The notes under the pieces were generated by a model. It was given only the letters and a program-made list of their open reading frames with translations, searched no databases and was not told the origin of the DNA. The translations under genes and the position numbers were made by a program. A DNA stretch of 62,500 bases, counting the filler, from Stramenopiles sp. TOSAG23-3 (lineage: Eukaryota), in NCBI GenBank assembly GCA_900128585.1. It is 10 parts of 10 records of this genome, joined end to end, with 100 filler letters (N's around TTAATTAATTAA, not from the genome) between each part and the next. Parts side by side here need not be neighbours in the genome. Positions count along the whole stretch, not along the records: positions 1 to 9,252 come from LT642934.1; positions 9,353 to 18,599 come from LT642935.1; 8 more parts are not named here. One strand, written 5' to 3'. Of the stretch, positions 1-11,783 are shown piece by piece (within the stretch, counting starts at the first letter, position 1; every line of letters begins with the position of its first letter).

Positions 1-1
1 A

Positions 2-61
<60 letters not shown>

Positions 62-80
62 GTCGAAAGAAAGAAAGAGA
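1..80. repeat. (AAAG)n microsatellite
   Basis: 15 perfect AAAG units at 1-60, then a degenerate continuation. Confidence 0.95.
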
Positions 81-662
81 AATGAAATTAATAATTTAAA
101 TTGATGATGTGTTCTTGTTGTTTGTTTCTAAATATTTTACTGTACTCCTCCTCCATTGTTGTTTTAAATTATTTTATGATTTTTGTTGTTGTTGGTAAAG
201 CTATTCTCTTTACTATTAATATATATTATTAGACCTTATTATAGCTATACGTAGTATTAAATATAACTAGTCTAACAACTTCTTCTTCTATTTATTATTT
301 AATAATAAAATAGTAATAATACAGTAGCTCCTTCTTTGGTGGTGATATGATGATAGAAATGACTTTATTTTATTAGTAAGTATTTAGGAGGAGGGAGGGG
401 TTTGTTATTTTATTAAATATAATAAATATTATAAGAAGAAAATACCAACCACCACAAAAAAATGTTCATCAGATGATGAAGCAAGGAGAATGTAGTAAAA
501 ATATGAAGACTAAAAACTATAGAGCGTATTATAAAATTTTATATCACCGACGAAAAGAGCAACAAGTTTGGAAGAGGAAGCATTGAGTATACGTTCGCTT
601 GTAATCACACGCACAAATCACAACACAACACACACCGTTTACTACTACATAAACATAAAAAT

Positions 663-1358
663 ATGTCGAAGGCAGATTATGAAGGATTCTTGACCAAACG
701 GTCAATGTGGTTAAAGGAGTGGAGAAGACGTTATTTTGAACTGCGAGGAGACACGTTGTCGTTTTCGGAAGGCCAAGGAAAAGCCTCCCACGGGAGTATC
801 GATTTAAAGGACTGTCTTACAGTAAAGTCAGCGGAAGAGAAGACGAAGAAGAAGTATTCGTTCGAAGTAGCCACGCCAGAGTCCACGTATTACATGTATG
901 CGTCTTCAGAAAAGGAAAAGGATGAGTGGATAGGTGCGATAGGGAGGGCCATTGTGCGCAGTTCCGGCGCTTTCCACAAGAAAGCCGCCGAGGAGAGCAG
1001 CATGAGAGAGCATTTAACGAAACGAAGCACTCTACATAACGGCGTCGCTCGTTGCGATCGCAAGCTCCACCCAGCAAAAGAAGATGTGAAACATTACACA
1101 GGAAGAGATCTAAAAGGGAGAAAAGAACATTTCAGTTTGGGAGCCGTTATATGTTTCCAGTCGCGCGCGGCGCGTGGAAGCCGGAGTCGTAAGAACAGAA
1201 CATACCTTATAACATATAAACTGGAAATAAGAATTACTTCGTACGTAAGAGACGGATTAAAAGAGAACACTCATCTTTTTCAGTCTTTTGTTTTCTTCCA
1301 TCAGCCCGCTCGTCTCTTCCCCGAGCTTCCCGGACAACCCCCGTTCTATCAATGGTGA
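663..1358 (+). CDS. Small PH-domain protein (plant PH1-like); C-terminal half of the ORF uncertain
   Basis: EGFLTKRSMWLKEWRRRYF ... IDLKDCLTVKSAE ... EKEKDEWIGAIGRAIV is a complete PH fold in the first ~100 aa. The remaining ~120 aa show no recognisable motif and overlap the ATIC stop by 10 nt. Confidence 0.85.
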   Translation: MSKADYEGFLTKRSMWLKEWRRRYFELRGDTLSFSEGQGKASHGSIDLKDCLTVKSAEEKTKKKYSFEVATPESTYYMYASSEKEKDEWIGAIGRAIVRSSGAFHKKAAEESSMREHLTKRSTLHNGVARCDRKLHPAKEDVKHYTGRDLKGRKEHFSLGAVICFQSRAARGSRSRKNRTYLITYKLEIRITSYVRDGLKENTHLFQSFVFFHQPARLFPELPGQPPFYQW

Positions 1359-3196
1359 AAGAGCCGAACGCCGTGATGGCACTGGACCATACCGTACTCG
1401 TTGCAGGCTTCCGTGACTGCACCATCCTGGCGGGAACCCCCCGGCTGGGCTACGAACTGCACGCCGTACTTGGATGCGTGGTCGATGTTGTCTCGGAATG
1501 GAAAGAAGGCGTCGCTCGAGAGCGACACGCCGGTGAAGGCGCCCATGAACGCTTTCTTCTCCGCTTCGGTCAGGGGCTCCGGGACCGCCTCGAACTGGCT
1601 TTCCCATCCCTTGCGCTCCACATCTGTGATGTCGCCCTCAATGTAACGAACACGGGCGTTGATTCGCTCTTGCTTTTTGACCGTACTTTTGAACTTCAAG
1701 CTCATTACCTTTGGGTGCTGGCGAAGGGCCCATATGTTCACCTTCCTCCCCGCCAACTTGACGCAGTCGACGCGGCTCTGCTGCCCTGCGCCGACGCCGA
1801 CCATTTGCCCGTTCTTGGCGTACCCGACACTGTTGGACTGGGTGTACTTGAGCGCAATCGACGCCACCACAAGGTCCCTGCGGGCTTCGTCGGGCAGGTC
1901 TTTTGTAGCCGTTGTCGGCTCCCCGAGCTTCGCCTTCGTGATTAGCTCGGTGTTTCGTTTCTGCATGAATCCCATGCCAAACACTTCCCTGTACTCAAGC
2001 TCTGGGGCCTTAAACGACGGGTCGGCCTGCAAAATGATGAACGCACCTTTCTTCTTTCCTTTCAAAATTTCAAGGGCCTTCGGCTCGAATCCAGGTGCCA
2101 CGATCCCATCGCTAACCACTGTCTTCAGGACCATTGCCGTTGCTTCGTCAACGACGTCGCTGACGGCGGCAAAGTCACCGAAGGAAGACATCGGGTCTGC
2201 GTTCCGTGCCCTCAGGTACGCCAACGCCAGGGGCGTCAAGTTCTTGCCCGCAACTTCGTACGCGGTCACTTCTTCAGGGGTCAGGGGAACCGCAACGGCC
2301 GCGCCAGCAGGGCTCACGTGCTTGAAGGATGCCGCCGAGGGCATGTCCAGGGAGCGCTTCAACTCTAGAACAAGCTGCCAAGCGTTGGCAGCATCGAGCA
2401 GGTTGATGTACCCTGGGCGACCGTTCAAAATCGTGAACGGGGACTCGTTCCCGTCGACAAAGTTCAGAGACGCTGGCTTTTGGTGCGGGTTGCAGCCGTA
2501 CTTCAGCTGCACGATCTCCTTGTACTGGCGGTTCTGGATTGGGGCCGTGGCACGCAGCGTTTTCGAAAAGTACTCGTTGATCGCGGCATCGTAGGACGCA
2601 CTGTGCGCAAATGCAGCCGCAGCGAACGTCTTTCGCATGTCATACGTCGTGCACCCATCGTTCGCTTTCATTGACTCCATCAAGGCCCCGTACTGGTCCG
2701 GGCTCGTGACGCACATGACCGCAGCGTTGTTTTTTGCAGCGGCGCGCAACATGGTAGGGCCGCCGATATCAACGTTTTCCATCGCAGTCAAAAACTCAAT
2801 TCCCTCCTTCGCTACGGTTTGTTGGAACGGGTACAAGTTGACAACGACCATGTCAATAGGCTTCACCCCATGGGTTTCCATGTCGGCTTCGTGGACGGCG
2901 TTCCCGCGAACGGCGAGGATACCCCCGTGGATTTTTGGGTGCAACGTTTTCACGCGCCCGTTCAAAATTTCTGGGCTCCCAGTATAGTCATCGACCGCCG
3001 TGACTGGGATCCCCGCTGCGATTAGCTTTTTCGCCGTTCCACCCGTGGATAGAATTTCTACACCGGCGCTACTCAAAAATTGACCTAGCTCAACGATATT
3101 GTCCTTGTTAAAGACGGATACAAGGGCACGTTGTACTTTTCGGACAGACGAGGTATCGCCCACAATTGCGGCGTGAGAGTTTACGACAGAAGACAT
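1349..3196 (-). CDS. ATIC: Bifunctional AICAR transformylase / IMP cyclohydrolase
   Basis: RALVSV, STGGTA, GRVKTLHPKIHGGIL, DIGGPTMLRAAAKN, LKYGCNPHQ, SFKHVSPAG, KYTQSNSV, SSDAFFPF, RLFHH end; 615 aa. Confidence 0.98.
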   Translation of the reverse strand: MSSVVNSHAAIVGDTSSVRKVQRALVSVFNKDNIVELGQFLSSAGVEILSTGGTAKKLIAAGIPVTAVDDYTGSPEILNGRVKTLHPKIHGGILAVRGNAVHEADMETHGVKPIDMVVVNLYPFQQTVAKEGIEFLTAMENVDIGGPTMLRAAAKNNAAVMCVTSPDQYGALMESMKANDGCTTYDMRKTFAAAAFAHSASYDAAINEYFSKTLRATAPIQNRQYKEIVQLKYGCNPHQKPASLNFVDGNESPFTILNGRPGYINLLDAANAWQLVLELKRSLDMPSAASFKHVSPAGAAVAVPLTPEEVTAYEVAGKNLTPLALAYLRARNADPMSSFGDFAAVSDVVDEATAMVLKTVVSDGIVAPGFEPKALEILKGKKKGAFIILQADPSFKAPELEYREVFGMGFMQKRNTELITKAKLGEPTTATKDLPDEARRDLVVASIALKYTQSNSVGYAKNGQMVGVGAGQQSRVDCVKLAGRKVNIWALRQHPKVMSLKFKSTVKKQERINARVRYIEGDITDVERKGWESQFEAVPEPLTEAEKKAFMGAFTGVSLSSDAFFPFRDNIDHASKYGVQFVAQPGGSRQDGAVTEACNEYGMVQCHHGVRLFHH

Positions 3197-3865
3197 TGTT
3201 TTCGAAGGTTGTAAAGAACTGATAAAGCTTGTTTACTTTTAAGTGTATTGTTGTTCAATTTTTATGGACAAAATACTTCACAACCAATTCCGTAACCCTT
3301 ATTCAAAAATATAATCATACTATCCATCTCTTGTATCGAAACAACAGAAGAAGAAACAAGCAAGCAAACAAGTTCGAAATTTGAAATTTTTATTTATTGG
3401 TGGTTCCGCTGTCGTCGTCGTCGTCTTCTTCTTTGTCGGTCGTGTGTGTGTGTTTTGTGGGTTGTTGTTTATTTTGTTGGTCGAGGAGGGAGGTACCGGT
3501 AGGAGAGTGAGGAGTGAGGAGGCGGTAAAAATAATAAGAGATGTTGTGATGATGTTGTTACAATTAAATTCGGTTTGCGCGTCACGGGGTAATAATAAAT
3601 AGTATAATAATAAATATTCGTAAAATAAAAGTACAACATCCTCTTATTATATCATCACCCATATCTCGTAAGCGAAATAGTGTTTAAAAAAACTAATATT
3701 TATTTATTATATTTTGTTGTAATAATAATAAAATTTCTCATTAATTATTTCTTTCGTTCTCTTCTTTCATCATCATCACATACAACATGATCATCACCTA
3801 TTTCAATGTAGTAGATGATGGTACAACAGCACAAGAAGTGCAATTTCAATATTAATATTAAAAAA

Positions 3866-3959
3866 CAACAAGAAAATTGGCTGTTGTTATTTATAAGTAA
3901 TTAAATTTAGCGTCCTCATACCCTTCAATATTTAAATGTTTATTTTTGATTTATACCGC
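3866..3959 (-). promoter_or_regulatory. Conserved 3'-flank element A (copy downstream of SDR)
   Basis: Minus strand reads GCGGTATA...TATGAGGACGCTAAATTTAATTACT...AACAACAGCCAATTTTCTTG; core is 192 nt past the SDR stop. Function inferred. Confidence 0.55.
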
Positions 3960-4074
3960 AAAGGCGTGTGTGTTGTTTGTCCATTACTTCAGTTTTTTTA
4001 TAAGAGTACTTTTTTATTTTGTGAATGGTAATTAGCTGTTAAGTTGTTAAAGGCAGGCAGGCGATTCTCGTTTT

Positions 4075-5073
4075 TCATTTGCCGCTAAACGTATCCTCCG
4101 TTTCTCTTAGTTTGGCAAGTTTCATAGTGAATTCAACTGGTTTTACCATGATGTTCGGTAACACCCAATCCCAAACACGCGGAAAAATTTCTGAAATAGT
4201 AGAGTGCAGCCGATTGATGTTTGCCCCAAAAAGATAATTCACATGAACCTCCGGCACGTCGTACTTAATGGAGTCAATCACAGCTTTTGAAGAATCATAG
4301 GGGTCCGAACTCCCCACAAAGTACTTGTTGTACCAGACATATTCATCTAAATTCTCAAAGCCTTTTTTTTCAGAATTCTTTTGCATGTCAGCGTACATTC
4401 CAGTATTTGAAATGTAACCAGGGAGTACAACACCGACCGTTATCTTCCCTCTATGCCGAAACTCTGCTCGAATACCTTTCGTAAAACCCCGAACCCCCGC
4501 CTTTGACGCCGCGTACGCTTGCCCATATGGCACCGCAAACAAAGCTGCCTGGCTCGCAATATTAACAATATGCCCCGCCCTCGCTTTCAGAATTCGGGGC
4601 AGGAAATCTTTCGTCATTTTCATGAGCGACAACAAATTTACGTTGATTTGCTGGTCTAGCTTTTCATCGGGCAAAGTCTCGAAAGGGTGCCAATACTCTA
4701 CCCCAGCATTGTTCACTAGTATTGTGACGCATTTATCTCCAAATTTTTCGTCGGCAATTTTGCGGAGTTCTACTCTATCGCTTTTGCTTAACACGTCTAC
4801 CTTGACTGCTATCGTTTCAGTATTTGGATACTTGCGCTTCATGGTTTCTGCTACTTTTGACAATTTTTTAAATCTTCTTGCAGCTACAATAATTTTGGAT
4901 ACTCCTTCCTCTGCAAGCGCTTCTGCTATACTGACCCCAATCCCAGAACTCGCCCCTGTCACCACCGCGCATTTCCCTTTTACGCCATACCTCGTGCCCA
5001 GCAACGTATCTAAATTTTGGTACAGGCCTATAAAGATCGCTACCAACAACAAGGCGTACGACGAGCGTTCCAT
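4075..5073 (-). CDS. Short-chain dehydrogenase/reductase with N-terminal membrane anchor or signal
   Basis: TGASSGIG, LVNNAG, NIAS and YAASK catalytic motifs; hydrophobic N-terminus YALLLVAIFIGLY. Confidence 0.92.
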   Translation of the reverse strand: MERSSYALLLVAIFIGLYQNLDTLLGTRYGVKGKCAVVTGASSGIGVSIAEALAEEGVSKIIVAARRFKKLSKVAETMKRKYPNTETIAVKVDVLSKSDRVELRKIADEKFGDKCVTILVNNAGVEYWHPFETLPDEKLDQQINVNLLSLMKMTKDFLPRILKARAGHIVNIASQAALFAVPYGQAYAASKAGVRGFTKGIRAEFRHRGKITVGVVLPGYISNTGMYADMQKNSEKKGFENLDEYVWYNKYFVGSSDPYDSSKAVIDSIKYDVPEVHVNYLFGANINRLHSTISEIFPRVWDWVLPNIMVKPVEFTMKLAKLRETEDTFSGK

Positions 5074-5718
5074 CTGAACGTCTTATTTTTGTCGTCCTAC
5101 TGTGACTGTTTATCACAGCTGTATGCTTTTTTTGTGCCTCGCTATCCACACGATGGGACGCAGAGGGGCAGATAATTTTCTTAGACTAACAACAGATAAA
5201 AATAATGTTATCATCAGATATTTACTATCATCTATAGATGAAACTGACCACCCCCGAACGCAGCAGAAAATTACCTAATCGTACTACTACTACTTTTGAG
5301 GATGGACGGAGAAGAAGACGACAATATTATTATTTTAATACCCCATTCAACAACAGGCCGATTGTGTGTATTGTTTTATTGTTATTAAATCCTGCTGCTG
5401 CTGTTTCCTATATAAAATATATTATTAATCGACGACGACGACGACCAACAACCGACGGGGATCAGATCTCAGAGGAGGAGGAGAAGACACAACAACAACA
5501 AAGAAGACGGAGGACGACGGCCAGCCACGTTTTCCGCTCTTTCGTTCTGTTTATTTTGTTTTTTTCTGTTATTTTAATAATTATAACAAACGAAAGCAAG
5601 AATATAAATACCTTCTAACGAGAGATGCAACAAGAATTTCGGCAATATAAACGAAAAAATTATTGTATTATAGGCATTCATTTTTTAAGAAAGAAAAAAA
5701 AAAAGACAAGGATACGAA

Positions 5719-6492
5719 ATGGCCCGTGCGGGAAAAACATATTTTATTACTGGTGGAGCGTCAGGGTTGGGTTTAGCCACAGTACGGCGGCTTCACTCGG
5801 AAGGTGCGAACGTTGCTGTTATTGATTTGAACGAAAAGCAAGGGAAGGCTGTTGAGGCTGAGCTTGGGAGTGACAGGTGTTTTTTCATCAAAACAAACAT
5901 GACGCAAGAAGAGTCCGTTGCTGCTGCAGTGGACGCAACTGTGGAGCGCTTTGGCGGCCTGCACGGGTGCTTGAACTCTGCTGGTATTGGTTCGGCCGAG
6001 AAGACCGTTTCCAAGAAAGGCAAACCCATGAGGAGTAAAACATGGGACTTTGTGCTTAAGTTAAACGCCTACGGAACATTTTATGGTTCTGCCTACTGCG
6101 CCGCGGCCATGTCAAAAATGCCACCTGGACCAGATGGCATGCGCGGTGTTATAGTCAACGTCAGTTCCATTGCTGGTATTGAGGGGCAAAAAGGACAGTT
6201 GGCCTATTCTGCATCCAAAGGCGCTGTTATTGGCATGACCTTGCCGATGGCCCGTGATCTGGGCCGTTACAACATCCGGGTGATGACAATCTGCCCAGGG
6301 ATCATGGACACACCACTTATGCAAGCAGCGCCAGAAAAGGTTCGCCAAGGCTTGCTCAAGGGCGTTGTGGCCCCGTTGCGATTTGGGCACACTTCGGAAT
6401 TCGCAAAGCTCGTCACCAGTATCATCGACAACAACTATCTAAACGGTGAAGTCATTCGAATGGATGGAGGCCTTCGCTTTGCCCACCTTTAA
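5719..6492 (+). CDS. HSD17B10: 3-hydroxyacyl-CoA dehydrogenase type 2 (HSD17B10-like SDR)
   Basis: ITGGASGLGLAT, RGVIVNVSSIAGIEGQKGQLAYSASKGAVIGMTLPMARDL and YLNGEVIRMDG are family-typical. Confidence 0.92.
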   Translation: MARAGKTYFITGGASGLGLATVRRLHSEGANVAVIDLNEKQGKAVEAELGSDRCFFIKTNMTQEESVAAAVDATVERFGGLHGCLNSAGIGSAEKTVSKKGKPMRSKTWDFVLKLNAYGTFYGSAYCAAAMSKMPPGPDGMRGVIVNVSSIAGIEGQKGQLAYSASKGAVIGMTLPMARDLGRYNIRVMTICPGIMDTPLMQAAPEKVRQGLLKGVVAPLRFGHTSEFAKLVTSIIDNNYLNGEVIRMDGGLRFAHL

Positions 6493-6724
6493 GCCCAGTT
6501 TGCTTTCGGTAAAGATGATAAAACTCGTTTTTTCCTCGTGTATGCCCGATGCAACAAACGGGTTTATTACAACGTATCCATGCACGAGAGTGTAATAAGA
6601 GAGTAAAATTACGAATGAACTTTAACATGTATGTTAAGGTAATTTAACGTAAGATATGTTTAAGTACGAATGTTTTGTTAAACGCAAAATTAAAAATTCT
6701 TGAGGATTAAGGTCATTGCACGTT

Positions 6725-9252
6725 TTACAAGATCAAGCGGTAGGAATCGTTGCTGAAAATGGCTATTTGCTCCTGAAGTGCTGTAATTTGGCGTTCGTCT
6801 TCTTTCAAAGCTTCTTTCATTCGATCCATCATCAAATTGTATTTAGATTCCAGGCAATTCGCCCGATGGGTTTGCTCGTCTAACTTTCGTTGGCACACCA
6901 ACATAGCATCTTCTTTTTCCCGAATCGTTCGGTGCATGCTGTAGGCTTCTTCTTTAATTGCACCGATCTGCTCGTCCATATCAATTCTCTGCTTTAGTGC
7001 CATTCTGGCGGCTAATTTTGCATCGGCTCTCTCTCTTTCGAAATTGTCTTCCATCTGCCGAATTTTTTGCTTCATTGCATCCGTCTCGACCAATGCAGTC
7101 TTGGTTTTTGACTGAGCCTCGGCAAGCTGAACCACAGCTTTCATTAGTTTGCTGTCTTCGTCATCCATGTATTTGAAAGCGTACGCATCCTTTTTCTCCG
7201 ATTCCAAGATAGCTATTTGTCGTTTCAAAAGTTGCCTTTCGTCATGGCTGTTTTTCTCGTAATCGATCATTCTGGCGTTCATGCCTGATATGTGTTCCCT
7301 TAACTTTTCATTCTCTGCGTCCAAATCATTCAGGCGCTTCCTTGCCTCATTTTCCACTTCTTCGAATTCTTCCAGCATCTTTGTTTTTTCCTTTTCTCGA
7401 GAAGTGCGGGCATTTTCATGCGCCTCCTGCGCCAGTTGTATTCGCTTTTGTAGCAGTTCAATTTCCGTGTTCTGCGCACCAATATGTTCCGCGGACAAGC
7501 TCTTGCTTTTTCTAGCCTCTTCTGCCATCGATTCAATTTTGGTGTCGTGCTGTGCCTTGAGGACCTCCATTCTGTTCTCCAGTTCACGTGCCCAGCTTTG
7601 CAGCCGACTTATTTCGTTTCCATCCTTTTCTTTGTTTGCCATAAGCTCGCATTCTTTTTCTTTCTTCTTTCCCTCTAGAATGCCAATTCTTGTCTGCAAA
7701 TGCTTTGCTTCCATTTCTCTTGCTCGTTCAATATGTTGGCGTTCTTTTGCCATTGCCGCTATTTCTTGCTCATAGTTTTTGCACATTTTGGTGTGCTTCA
7801 TGATCAAATTGGTGTGGGCTGCGTCCAAGGTTGCCAGTTGCTGCGCCATATTGTTTGATTCTTCTGCATGTTGCCTTTGTTGTGATTGTGCAGTAGATTT
7901 CTGATCCCGGTTTTCTTCCTGGAGCGACTTCACTTTAGACTTTGCCGCAGTGTACTTCTCGCGAAACTCAGTGACCATCTTCTCAATTTTTTGGTTTAAA
8001 TTGACTTCCAGTGTTGCTTTGCTCTCTTCTACTTGCTTGATCGTGCTTGTAAGTTGTCGAATTTTCTTTTCAAACCGTTTTGTTCCCCTGCCTTCTGTCG
8101 CCACCCCTTTTGCCACTTGCACTTTTAACTCGGCAACTTTGAATTCCAACTTTTCTCGCTCTTCAACAGCAGCTTTCAGTTTCTCCAGAGAAGACTTTTC
8201 CAAATCGCTCAGTTGCTTCAACAGGCGCTTTCTCTCATTGTTGCTCCTTTCTTCTACCTCGGCCTGCTTTTTCACAAGGTCTTTGACTTTTTCGAGTTCA
8301 CTCATTTTCGACTTCAAGCCGGAAAGCTTCGCCTTTAGCAACTTTGCTTCTTTCCCTGATTTCAATGCTTTCTCCTCGGCCTTGGTTGCCCTATCGGTGA
8401 CTACTCTCGTCGCCGACTCCGCCTTTTGAACCCGTTTTTCCACGTTACGAACATTTTTCTTTTCCAATATGTACAACCCATGCGTTTCATTTAGCTTCTC
8501 TTGCAACTCTTCAATTTTTGCCTCTAGGTTCTTGGTTCCTTTATTTACAATTTCTTGCAATTCGGCCACTTTAAACTTCAAACCCTTGATTTCATACCCG
8601 CTGTTTTCTTTTACAGCGTTGTGTTTCTCCTTCAATATAGCGTGTGCCTTTTGCAGTCGCACAAGGTCCTTGTCCAGAGCATGGCACCTTGATTTGTACT
8701 TTGAGGCCAACTCTTGCGAGCTTTTGAGGGAAACTGTGGTCTTATCTAACTTCTCCTGCAAAGGCCTGACTTGAACGTTTTCAACTGTCTTAAGGCTGGT
8801 TTCTAACTTTTCCAACTTTGTAAACCAAGCCGAAAGGTCGGCTCTAACGGGGGACTGCGGCAACTCTTTCTTGGCAAAATCAAACAAAGGCATCGGTTCG
8901 CCTCCGCGCTCCTCGCTGGTGGTTTGGGGCGGAACGGTTTCTTTCTCCGTGCTCTCCGGCCGCTTTGCACCCTGCTGGGATCTTTTGGCTTCCCGTTTCA
9001 GCCTTCGTTCAGCCTTCTTTGGGTCTTTGGCATCTTCGACGGCTTGCAGGCCTTCCGTTTCGAGCTCTTTGACGAACTGTTCAGCTTCTTCTTCTCGTCT
9101 TATTCGCTCTTCCTCGTCAGCAATCCGTTTTCTCTCCGCCTCTGCCTCCGCTTCCTTTCTCATATTTTCTTTTGATATTGCCAGCTCGTCCAAAAGAGGC
9201 CCTCCTTTCCGCCGGCCAAACGGCCTACTTCCTTTCAACAAAAACACGGCAT
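6725..9252 (-). CDS. Long coiled-coil protein, 5'-truncated at contig end
   Basis: 840-codon open frame rich in E/K/L/Q heptads, running into the N spacer. Confidence 0.8.
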
Positions 9253-9352
9253 NNNNNNNNNNNNNNNNNNNNNNNNNNNNNNNNNNNNNNNNNNNNTTAA
9301 TTAATTAANNNNNNNNNNNNNNNNNNNNNNNNNNNNNNNNNNNNNNNNNNNN
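9253..9352. other. Artificial contig-joining spacer (44N-TTAATTAATTAA-44N); identical spacers at 18600-18699, 27947-28046, 37287-37386, 46613-46712, 55938-56037, 57579-57678, 59220-59319, 60861-60960
   Basis: Identical 100-nt structure nine times; the 12-mer has stops in all six frames. Confidence 0.97.
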
Positions 9353-9448
9353 TTTCAGATTCATAGATTTTATCAGAGCAATTTAAGACACAAACACTTA
9401 TCTTTTTTTCTATTAATTAAAAAGATCGTATTCTGTGCGCACCTCCTC

Positions 9449-11783
9449 TTATATATACTTTAGGATTACTCTAGGCTTGGTGTGGATGGACCGGCGTGCA
9501 GTTTTCGCGATGCTTCGGTCGACCAATTTAGACAAGGATCCGCGAAAGACTTTGACAGGGGACAGCTTTTTTGCGTGCTTTTTCTTTTGAGATCGAACCC
9601 GTTCCTTTGCTTGCGCGTACGTTTTGGACACTTTCATCCGCTTCAACATGTTTTTGGCTTCCTTCTGCGCCTCCAACTCTGCAGCCAAAGCTTTGCAATA
9701 AGCATTTTTGTCGCTGAGTACGTTGGAATCTTTCCCAAAGTCGCCAAAGTCGATCTGCACTCGCTTCACCCTGTCGGGCTCAACCTTTGATTCAAGGTCC
9801 CCTATCCTAGCTATTATCTCCCTTTTCTTGACGTGGTACAACCTACTCTTTGCAATCTGCTTAAAGTATTCCACCGGGACCCGGTTAGCTTCTTTTTCGG
9901 CTATATCCCGTGCAGTTTTCTCGGCTTCCTTCGTCAACCTCAAACGTTCTAACAGCAGCTTCTCCTTCACCCTCTCCACCGCTTGTTGGTGTCCAACTTC
10001 GGCATTTCGGTGCGCCTTGGACTTGGTCTTTTTGTTCACACGCTCCAAATGCATGGTGTATTCCGACAAGCACCGCGTTCCGTGCCTAATAATTCCCTTA
10101 CAGTCCTCCGCGGAGGAGCACAATTGCAACCTTGCGTCTATCAATTTGCTCGCTTGGAGCGTTCGCCAGTTCCAGTACTCCTGCTCTTCGTTCTCGTAAT
10201 ATTTGCTGCTTTCCACAAGGTCGTGGATCCGATCGGTCACACGGTGAAACTTGCGAACCTCCTTCAACAGGATTGCGCGGCATTCGTTCTGGCCCACCTT
10301 TCTCTCCTTTTCCGGCTTCTGTCTTAAACTTGGGTCCTCCCATGACATTGCCGCCTTTATTGACGCGCCAAGTGAGCGGTAGCCCGGCAGGCTCTTTGGC
10401 CATGTTTTTGAAGAAAAATCCATGGCCATGCGCCGGACCCACTGGGAGTTTTTCTCCTCTTCTATTCTTTTCATCTTCTGTTCATTTTCTACTTCGATTA
10501 ATTGAAGTTCGCGCTCCCTAGTTTCCATCTCTTTATGCAATATATAGGCGTCTGCATTTGCCAAAAGGTTCCGTGCAACGGCAGACTGCTTCCCGACCCA
10601 GCCCTGGAACTGTATTAACGTGAAGCACGGGTTGTTGTCGGGGTGGCAAATTTCGACGAGCAGCTTGTCGCTCTTTTCTTGGTTGCACGGCATACTTAAA
10701 ATCCTGCAACCATCGAGCAGTACTTTGGCGTCAACGTTGCCTTTCTTACGGTGGTCAAAAAGTGAAAAAATGTAAGCCGCCCGGTTGTTCAATACTGCCT
10801 CTTTCCATCTCTCCCCCAGCAACTTTGCCTCTAAACTTTGGTCTTTGTACCACCTTGAGAAAACGTCAAACTCTATCTCGGGGCCCATCCCGCTTCCTAT
10901 GTATCGGAAAACCCTGTCTGACTTGGATTTGCTCATGTGCATGTCCAAAGATTTGTACGCCTTGTCAAGATGCGCTACCGTCAACACGTCGTCCTGGCTG
11001 CCAACTATGTACTCGAAAAGCCCCGCGGCGTCTTTCTCGGTGAGAAAGATAACAAACTTTGATATAAGTGCGGTGGCCACCTCATTCCTCTTCATGAACC
11101 AATTTACAAAATGGGGCAAATCAATGCTGGATGTGTCCGGATCGTTCCCCTCCTCTAGGATCTGCTCCAGCACGTCATAGAGTCTCTTCGGGCTGATAGA
11201 AAATCGAATTTTTTCGCAGGTTTCTTGCAGCGTCAGGGGAGACACGGACGAGTTGAACTTTATGTCCATAAAGTTGAAGAAACTTATCACCCGCTTGTGA
11301 TATTGCTTGCCCTTATCTTGAAGTTCTCCATCTTCTTCGTCGCTGTCTTCGGATTCCGATGAAACTTCGACTTCGGGCTCTGGTTCTTCCTTCTTTTGGA
11401 CCTGTTTGACTGGAGGAGGGGGGGGGGGCGGGGGGGGCTGGCGCCCCTGCTCCATCCTTGCTTTTTGAGGACTTCTTGGGTGGACCCGGGGCTCCCGGCG
11501 CTCCCGGCACTGCCTTGCCTTTTGAGGACTTTTTTGGCGGACCCGGTGGGCCTGGTGCCCCTGGTACTTCTTTCCCAGACTTCTTTGGCGGCCCTGGTGC
11601 TTCTAGTATTTCCTTAGCGTGTGCAGACTTCTTTGGTGGCCCTGGTGGCCCTGGTGGCCCAGGCGCTTCGGGAACATCCTTGTTTTTCGCCGGTTTCTTT
11701 GGTGGGCCTGGTGGCCCTGGTCCTATCTGGTTTTCTGCAGAATCCTTTGACTCCCGCTCAGGGGGAGGGGGAGGTCCCGGCAT
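9449..11783 (-). CDS. Pro/Gly-rich (GPPGPPKK repeats) + EF-hand-like + coiled-coil protein; one frameshift in the G-runs at 11418-11437
   Basis: ORF 11313-11783 joins ORF 9449-11455 if one base is removed from the poly-C (sense) run, giving APAPPAPPPPPVKQVQKK. Degenerate EF-hands: IDLPHFVNWF, FSLFDHRKKGNVDAKVL. Confidence 0.75.

Noticed and set aside
9297-9308. Recurring TTAATTAATTAA palindrome between N runs
   Set aside because: Artificial six-frame-stop linker, not biological. ORFs ending or starting in 'XXXLIN' are artefacts.
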